Source: Treponematales bacterium (lineage in GTDB: Bacteria > Spirochaetota > Spirochaetia > Treponematales > UBA12059). From it: a DNA stretch of 32,595 nt. Both the position numbers and the translations under genes were made by a program. The notes below the pieces were generated by a model. It searched no databases and was not told the DNA's origin. It saw only the letters and a list, made by a program, of their open reading frames with translations. Where the stretch lies: NCBI GenBank assembly GCA_041741035.1, contig JBGSKZ010000366.1, positions 1 to 32,595 on the forward strand, read 5' to 3'. Within the stretch, counting starts at the first letter, position 1, and the number at the start of each line of letters is the position of its first letter. Positions 18,144-24,253 of the stretch are shown one piece after another.

Positions 18144-20081
18144 TCAATCGTTTCTCAGGTTTAAAAGGCCGCCGGCCAGGAGTATGCGCCTCTGGCGCGG
18201 CGATAAGTCCAGCCTGCACTCGACGTCCCTGCCGCCTATGGACAAGCGCGGATTCCCGCCCTCCTCTATAGCGCGGCGAATATCGGCGGCCTCGATAGCC
18301 TCGTCCCGCGCTATGGCCTCGTAGTCGGAAGCCCGGACAAAAATGAGGGGGGCGATGCCGAAATTGACGAGGTTGGCCGCGTGTATGCGCTCGAAAGACT
18401 TGGCGAGCACGGCCTTTACCCCAAGGTACATGGGGCAGATCGCCGCGTGCTCGCGGCTCGAGCCCTGGCCGTAGGACTCGCCGGCCACGACGACGGCGTG
18501 CGCGCCCGCGTCGCGCAAGCTCGCGCAACGCGCGGAGAAACCCGGATCCAGGCCCTCGAAGACGAAGGCTGAATAGGCCGGTATATTGGAACGGTACTTG
18601 AGCCTGGAACCGGCTGGCATGATGTGGTCGGTGCTGATCTTGTCCCCGGCCTTGATGGCTACGCGGCCGAAGAGGCCCTCCGGAAAGGGCAAGGTACGCG
18701 GAGGCTCGCCTATATTGGGACCCCGAATGATAGGCGCGGCGGCGGCGGTATCGGGGAATATGAACATGCGGTCGTCAAGCTCGTAGCGCTCGGGCTCGGG
18801 ATTATCGGGCCGCCCAAATCCGGCCGCTGCCAGGCCGGGCTCGGCAAGGTCCGGAGCGCATCCTTCCAAGGCAGAGAGGGCCGCTATTTCGGGGCTTACC
18901 AGGTAAACCTGGGCATCGGGGGTACCGCTCCTACCCTCAAAATTGCGGTTGGAAGTCCTGAAGGACACGGCCTTGCTGCCCGGCGAAAAGCCGTTGCCTA
19001 TGCAAAAGCCGCAGGCGCTCTCGAGTATGCGTGCGCCCGCGTCAATAATATCGCTAAGCGAGCCGTCCTTGGCCAAGGCCCGCATAACCTGGCGCGAGCC
19101 GGGCGCAACGCCCAGCGACACGCCGGGATGCACGGTCTTGCCGCGCAGGATGGCGGCCACGCTACGCATATCCTTAAGGGACGAGTTGGTACAGGAACCT
19201 ATGCATACCTGATCGACCTTCAAGCCCTTTAGCTCGCGCAGGGTACGGATATTGCCCGGGCTATGGGGGCAGGCGGCAAGCGGCTCAACGCCGCCTAGCT
19301 CAAGCTCGATGACCCGGTCATAGCCGGCGCCCGCTTCGGCCTCCAGGGCCGACCAGTCGTCTTCGCGGCCCTGGGCGGCAAGAAAGGACCTGGTGCGCTC
19401 ATCGGAGGGGAAAACGGAGCTCGTCACCCCCAGCTCGGCGCCCATATTGGCGATGGTTGCCCGCTCAGGCACCGACAGGGTGGCCACGCCGGGTCCGCCG
19501 TATTCGATAATAACGCCCACGTTGCCCTTAGTGCCCAATATGGATAATAGCTTTAGCGCCACGTCCTTGGCGCTAGCCCAGCCGCTCAGCCGGCCCGTCA
19601 GCCGCACGAGAAGCACCGTGGGAGCCGGCAGGAAGAAAGCCCCTCCGCCCATGGCCACCGCGACGTCCAGCCCTCCCGCCCCTATGGCCAACTGCCCCAA
19701 GCCGCCCCCCATGGGCGTGTGGCTGTCGCTGCCGAGCAAGGTGCCGCCCGGCCTGCCGAAGCGTTCCAGATGCAGCTGATGACAAATGCCGTTTCCTGCC
19801 CTTGAGTAAATTACCCCGAAGCGCGCGGCCGCGGATTGCAGGTACGCGTGGTCATCGGCGTTCTCAAAGCCCATTTGCGCGGTATTGTGGTCCACGTACG
19901 ATACGGACAGTTCCGTGGCTACGCGGGCTATACCCATAGACTCGAACTGCAGGTAAGCCATCGTCCCGGTCGCGTCCTGCGTAAGGGTCTGGTCGATGCG
20001 GATGCCCAGTTCGCCCGGAGGCACGATGCTGCCTTCGACCAGATGCGACCTGAGTATTTGGCTGACTATGCCGTACCCCAT
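18144..20081 (-). CDS. Aconitate hydratase (short single-chain type)
   Basis: TQDATG, DHN, GICHQ, GSDSHT, IGSCTN, SACGFCIG, SNRNFEGR, STDHI, YGQGSSREHAA; GAGGAG SD. Confidence 0.93.
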   Translation of the reverse strand: MGYGIVSQILRSHLVEGSIVPPGELGIRIDQTLTQDATGTMAYLQFESMGIARVATELSVSYVDHNTAQMGFENADDHAYLQSAAARFGVIYSRAGNGICHQLHLERFGRPGGTLLGSDSHTPMGGGLGQLAIGAGGLDVAVAMGGGAFFLPAPTVLLVRLTGRLSGWASAKDVALKLLSILGTKGNVGVIIEYGGPGVATLSVPERATIANMGAELGVTSSVFPSDERTRSFLAAQGREDDWSALEAEAGAGYDRVIELELGGVEPLAACPHSPGNIRTLRELKGLKVDQVCIGSCTNSSLKDMRSVAAILRGKTVHPGVSLGVAPGSRQVMRALAKDGSLSDIIDAGARILESACGFCIGNGFSPGSKAVSFRTSNRNFEGRSGTPDAQVYLVSPEIAALSALEGCAPDLAEPGLAAAGFGRPDNPEPERYELDDRMFIFPDTAAAAPIIRGPNIGEPPRTLPFPEGLFGRVAIKAGDKISTDHIMPAGSRLKYRSNIPAYSAFVFEGLDPGFSARCASLRDAGAHAVVVAGESYGQGSSREHAAICPMYLGVKAVLAKSFERIHAANLVNFGIAPLIFVRASDYEAIARDEAIEAADIRRAIEEGGNPRLSIGGRDVECRLDLSPRQRRILLAGGLLNLRND

Positions 20082-20137
20082 GGCAAACTCCTCGGCCCAC
20101 TATATTACTATGTGTAGAATCATGGCTGGGCGGCGGC

Positions 20138-20166
20138 AGTATATAGACCGGAGCGAAAAAGCGCAA
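20138..20166 (-). promoter_or_regulatory. Sigma70 promoter of acn-icd-gltA
   Basis: TTGCGC-17 nt-TATACT. Confidence 0.65.
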
Positions 20167-20307
20167 GGACTGCGTTAAGCCCGCCTCGTGCGCCGCTCCG
20201 GGAAAGGGGAGAAAGGCAGCGGAGGCGGGGCTAGCCCAGGAATATCGCCCATTACAGGTATCGCGGCGGCGTAGGTGGCCCTAGGAAAGAACGCCTTAAA
20301 AATAGCT

Positions 20308-20345
20308 TTCCCTAGCCTCACGGCATGCCCTACGATAATATTATC
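20308..20345 (+). promoter_or_regulatory. Putative promoter of the uORF/RIO kinase unit with overlapping palindrome
   Basis: TTCCCT-17 nt-TACGAT(20331-20336); perfect palindrome GATAATATTATC (20334-20345). Confidence 0.45.
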
Positions 20346-20382
20346 CAAGCGACGCGGCGCCAAGCGCGCGCAAGGAGGCCAT

Positions 20383-20448
20383 ATGCCCGACAGCGCTCAA
20401 TCCACGCTAGAAAAGCCAGGGCGGCTCTCCGCGCTCGTCGCCGCGTAA
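20383..20448 (+). CDS. Putative 21-aa leader peptide MPDSAQSTLEKPGRLSALVAA
   Basis: Full AAGGAGG SD (20372-20378) 4 nt before ATG; TAA at 20446-20448; too short for the ORF track. Confidence 0.5.
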   Translation: MPDSAQSTLEKPGRLSALVAA

Positions 20449-20561
20449 GCGGTACGCCCGCGCCTTCTCGAGATCCGAACCCTACACACGCAAGCCCCAG
20501 CGCCGGAAGGCGCTAGCGCCGCCCGGAGGCTGGCGCCGCCGACAGGTAGAAGGATCTCATC

Positions 20562-21350
20562 TTGGAACACGAACAGGTATTCGAGCATTTCATAGGGCAA
20601 GCCGTGATCACGGCGCCAGGCGTTTTAATAAAGAGCGGCAAAGAGGCATCGGTATACCGCTGCCCGGCCCATGGAGCCTCAGGCTGCGCCGAGGCGGCCA
20701 TTAAGATCTATAAGGACATAGAAAGCCGCAGTTTTAAAGGCGCAAAAGAGTATCTAGACGGGCGCATAGGCCGCACCATCAGGAAGCGCAGGGATATCCT
20801 GCACATGCTTTCATCGAGCGCTTCTATGCAAGCGTACTGGGTAGACTCGGAGCGCTCCGCCATGGAAAGCCTTTACTCCGCGGGCCTACCCGTTCCCAAG
20901 CCCCTTGCCGCCACGGCCAGCGCGTTTGCCATGGAATTCATTAGCGAAGGAAGCGAGGCGGCGCCGCGCCTCATTGAGCTAGACCTGGAAGGCGCGCGGG
21001 GAGAGGTAGTACTGGCCGAGCTCTTAGGCGCTCTGCGCGCCATGCTAGCCCTGGACATAATCCACGGCGACTTATCGCCCTATAACATCCTCGTGCGTGG
21101 GGGCAGGCCCGTCATCATCGACCTTCCCCAGGCGGCTGACGCCAGATACTCAAGCAACGCGTTCGCTCTCCTCGCGCGCGATATCCGCAACGCTCTAGGC
21201 TATTTCCAAAAGCGCGGCATAGGCTTAGGCCATGACCCTGAGCGCGAAGCAGATACGCTCTGGGCCGATTACCGCTCCGGCGCGCTGTACCGCGAGAGGG
21301 ACGCGGCCCAGCTGGCTAAGGAATGGGGGCTCGCGGATTTAGCCTATTAA
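20562..21350 (+). CDS. RIO1-family atypical Ser/Thr kinase/ATPase
   Basis: SGKEASVY, AIKIY, MEFI, HGDLSPYNIL, IIDLPQA; TTG start with AAGGA SD and an in-frame TAG just upstream. Confidence 0.88.
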   Translation: MEHEQVFEHFIGQAVITAPGVLIKSGKEASVYRCPAHGASGCAEAAIKIYKDIESRSFKGAKEYLDGRIGRTIRKRRDILHMLSSSASMQAYWVDSERSAMESLYSAGLPVPKPLAATASAFAMEFISEGSEAAPRLIELDLEGARGEVVLAELLGALRAMLALDIIHGDLSPYNILVRGGRPVIIDLPQAADARYSSNAFALLARDIRNALGYFQKRGIGLGHDPEREADTLWADYRSGALYRERDAAQLAKEWGLADLAY

Positions 21351-21511
21351 AACGGCGAGGGTTTCCCGGCGGCTTCGACGGAAGCCGGCGCGGGAACCTA
21401 GCGCTTGATCGACTCCTGATGCAGAATGCGCAAGCCCGCCTATCAGCGGCGGTAGCTTTCAAAACGGCAGGAGCGCTATTTCGTGGGTGCAGGTAAATTG
21501 CTTAGGAGGAT

Positions 21512-22312
21512 TTACATTGAGAGAGGCAGGCCTTTTGCAGCCAAGAGGAGCAGTAAGGGCAGCGAAGCATCCAACAGGAAGTGCATGGCCATCAGGTATG
21601 GCAGGGTAGTTGGGCGACGCTCCAAAACTAATCCCGTCCAGAGCGCGAAGGGCAAGAATTTAACCGCCAGCCATAGGTTGTAGCGCCAGTCCAGCTGAAA
21701 TGAAAAGAACATGTGCTGGATGGAAAGAGCAGAGCCTACAATGCCGATCACCTGCCAACGGCTCATCCCCGCGGCGCGCAAGCGCGGCGCTACGTAGCCC
21801 CAGTAGATAGGCAATTCAGCCAGCGCCTGGGTGGTGGGCATAAGCAAAAAGAGAGGATAGATCGCCCATAGGGGCAGGGGTTGAAAGAGTAGGCTATTGG
21901 GGTAATTAGCGTCGCCCCACAGCGCCTGCGCGATCAGTGTACCAGGTAGCATGGCAATGATAGCCGAGACGACCCCGGCTAGCAGGAACCAAGCCAGATC
22001 GCCTTTCCATGTGGCGCGGCGCGCGAAATAAATATCGCGCAGACGAACGCCTTCCTTGCGGCCGAAACGAACCATCAAGACGATACAGGCGATGTTCGAT
22101 ATCGTGACAAACCAAAGCCACCAGGCGGATGCGGCATTTATCGGGGATTCTTTCCCAAAAAACGCATACCCTAGCGCCAGCAGGAGCAGCAAGCCAAACG
22201 ACAACGCAGAACGCAAAGCTAGCATCAGCCAAACGCGCAGCGCGGGGATTTTGCCGCTGGACACTATGGGAATCAAAGCTTCGGGGGAATTAGGCAAAAG
22301 ATAAGCGTTCAT
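21512..22312 (-). CDS. Multi-pass membrane protein, distantly CPBP/Abi (CAAX protease)-like
   Basis: Hydrophobic; AELPIYWGY, SIQH and MHFLLD lie where the CPBP motifs would; start moved to MNAYL after GGAGAG SD. Confidence 0.6.
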   Translation of the reverse strand: MNAYLLPNSPEALIPIVSSGKIPALRVWLMLALRSALSFGLLLLLALGYAFFGKESPINAASAWWLWFVTISNIACIVLMVRFGRKEGVRLRDIYFARRATWKGDLAWFLLAGVVSAIIAMLPGTLIAQALWGDANYPNSLLFQPLPLWAIYPLFLLMPTTQALAELPIYWGYVAPRLRAAGMSRWQVIGIVGSALSIQHMFFSFQLDWRYNLWLAVKFLPFALWTGLVLERRPTTLPYLMAMHFLLDASLPLLLLLAAKGLPLSM

Positions 22313-22547
22313 TGTTCTCTCCGTATTTGGTTTATCGGCGCTAGTATACAAGTTAAACCCCAGCCGATACAACAAATTCCCAGGATTAATGGGCAAGCGG
22401 GAAAACATAAGTATGCAACGCGCTCGTATGCTTGAGGGCAACCATATTCTGATTTTTATGGCACACCGCCCGCCGAGGTACCATCCTGCGGTCAACTAGG
22501 CATTCTGAAAATCAGGTTGCGTATATGCAACATGCGCGCTTAGTTCT

Positions 22548-22718
22548 TCATGAAATCGCCCCGTTGTTTTTCCTGATGGCGAAAAATTCATAGCGGTAGA
22601 GTAGAAAAAGCGCGCCAGTCAGCGCATAGATGAGAGTAAGCCAGGCGAAAATAAAAGGGAGAAAAAGTCTTTCAACAGGATGTCGGCATCCATCACGTTG
22701 ATACAGCCCTCTCGACAT
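22548..22718 (-). other. 56-aa single-TM small ORF or gene remnant
   Basis: Hand translation MSRGLYQRDGCRHPVERLFLPFIFAWLTLIYALTGALFLLYRYEFFAIRKNNGAIS; no clear SD. Confidence 0.3.
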
Positions 22719-22874
22719 TAATTAGCTAATGGCGGCGCAAAAGGCAAACCTTTTCTAGCATATTAGCATAATTAGCTAAGCAAAGGATTGAAGAATATTC
22801 TGGATCCGCATAGCCCCGCCCTCATGCTTGAGCCTGAGCCTGCCGGCCGTTCCCGATGGATCATGTTCCCCCCA

Positions 22875-22894
22875 AATCAGCCTTTCGACTGATT
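22875..22894 (+). promoter_or_regulatory. Putative LuxR-type activator box 1
   Basis: AATCAG-CCTTTCGA-CTGATT, 22 nt before GACTAT; resembles the box at 26967. Confidence 0.55.
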
Positions 22895-22982
22895 GATCAG
22901 GGCAATAGCCGAGCGCGACTATACACGCGATGGGCAGGGATAGCCCTATAGCCACGCTAGCTTTTTTGCTTGGAGGATAATC

Positions 22983-24167
22983 ATGAACATGAAGCAGTCC
23001 ATCGCCGGCGGAGGGGTCATGTCGATCATGGGCGACGCTCCGCGCCTTGCGCTCAGGCTCATGCCGGCATTCCTTGCCGCCCTCGCTCTCACGTACTTTT
23101 TCCCCGGGGCCTTCGCCGTTTGGGGAAGGCTCCGCGGCATAGCCTTCGCCGCGGGCATCGAGCTTCTCGGCCTAGGCGCCCTTTTCCAGGCTTCCGCCGC
23201 CTTCGAGCTCGTGCGAGCCTGGAAGAAAAGCCGCCTCGCTACGCGCGGGGCCTACGGCCTCTCGCGCAATCCCATCTTTTCCTGGTGGATATTCTCGATC
23301 CTTCCCTCCTTTGCCTTGCTGCTCGATTCCTGGCTCTTCCTGCCGGTCGCCCTCCTCTTCCGCCTCGTGGCGGGTAAGGCCGCCGAGGCCGAGGAAAGGG
23401 AACTCCACGCGCGCTTCGGCCAGGACTATGACGGCTATCGCATGAGGACGCGGGCCTTCCTTCCCCTGCCGCGGCTCCTGCCGCTTAGCCTCTGGCGCTC
23501 GTTCCGCGACCTCCTCGGACTGTCCGCCTTGGCTTGCCTGGCCCTCGGCCTATATCTCGCCGTGGCGGGGCCGGCGATGCGCGGCTTCGGCGCGCGCTCC
23601 TCCGAAATAGCGGCGCGCATGGCCGGGGACGAGTATGTAGGGAAAGGGGCTGCCGGCTATACGCAGGGCATCGACATAGACGCCTCTCCCGGCACGGTGT
23701 GGAAGTGGCTCGTCCAGATAGGCTACAAGCGGGCGGGCTGGTACAACATCGATCTCGTGAACCGCCTGGCCGATCCTAATTACTTCCACGACGGGAAGTC
23801 TTCGGCCCTCAGGATCATTCCCGAGTTCCAGTACCCCCGCGAAGGTGACAAGATCCATCTCGTGCCGGCCCTTGGCATGACCATAGCAAAGGCGGAAGTT
23901 CCCCGCCTCCTCGTCCTCGTCGCTGAGCCGGACAAGCTGGGCGGGAACAATGTAGCCTGGACCTTCTCGGTCGAGCCGCTGCCGAACGGGCGAAGCCGCC
24001 TCCTTGCGCGCTTTCGCATGCGTATAGGGGATGATTTCGGATCCAGGGTCGCCGCTTGGTTTATGAACGACCTCGCCGGGGCGACCATACAGCAGCCCGC
24101 CATGCTTTGGGGACTTAAGTTGCGAGCCGAGTCGCGGCTGCCTACGATTACGCCTAAGGATGGTTAA
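22983..24167 (+). CDS. Fusion of an ICMT/PEMT-like membrane methyltransferase and an SRPBCC-like domain
   Basis: GGAGG SD; LATRGAYGLSRNPIF and EERELHARFGQDYDGY; then MAGDE, IDIDASPGTVWKWLVQIGYKRAGWY. Confidence 0.7.
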   Translation: MNMKQSIAGGGVMSIMGDAPRLALRLMPAFLAALALTYFFPGAFAVWGRLRGIAFAAGIELLGLGALFQASAAFELVRAWKKSRLATRGAYGLSRNPIFSWWIFSILPSFALLLDSWLFLPVALLFRLVAGKAAEAEERELHARFGQDYDGYRMRTRAFLPLPRLLPLSLWRSFRDLLGLSALACLALGLYLAVAGPAMRGFGARSSEIAARMAGDEYVGKGAAGYTQGIDIDASPGTVWKWLVQIGYKRAGWYNIDLVNRLADPNYFHDGKSSALRIIPEFQYPREGDKIHLVPALGMTIAKAEVPRLLVLVAEPDKLGGNNVAWTFSVEPLPNGRSRLLARFRMRIGDDFGSRVAAWFMNDLAGATIQQPAMLWGLKLRAESRLPTITPKDG

Positions 24168-24223
24168 GCAAGCGAAAAGCAGGGACCTGATCGGCCAGCT
24201 AATGAAGCCCCTTCGGGCTGCCA

Positions 24224-24246
24224 TTCGTTGCTTCGTATGCTATACT
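24224..24246 (+). promoter_or_regulatory. Extended -10 leaderless promoter of the LuxR regulator
   Basis: TGcTATACT (hexamer 24241-24246) 7 nt before GTG, no SD. Confidence 0.6.
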
Positions 24247-24253
24247 GGCCGCT

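Noticed and set aside
193-19232. Long antisense ORFs (e.g. 1192-2091, 3537-4391, 16394-17149)
   Set aside because: Shadow frames of GC-rich genes with no motifs or start signals
20178-20232. SRP (4.5S) RNA
   Set aside because: Lacks the conserved CAGG...GGAA...GCAG helix 8 arrangement
20226-20560. tmRNA, suggested by a frame ending in LVAA* and an upstream GGGGCT
   Set aside because: No tRNA-like domain, T-arm or CCA end, and the ORF has its own SD and ATG
22735-22790. c-di-GMP-I riboswitch, suggested by GGCAAACC and GCAAAG
   Set aside because: No P2 stem with GAAA tetraloop and no pairing between the parts
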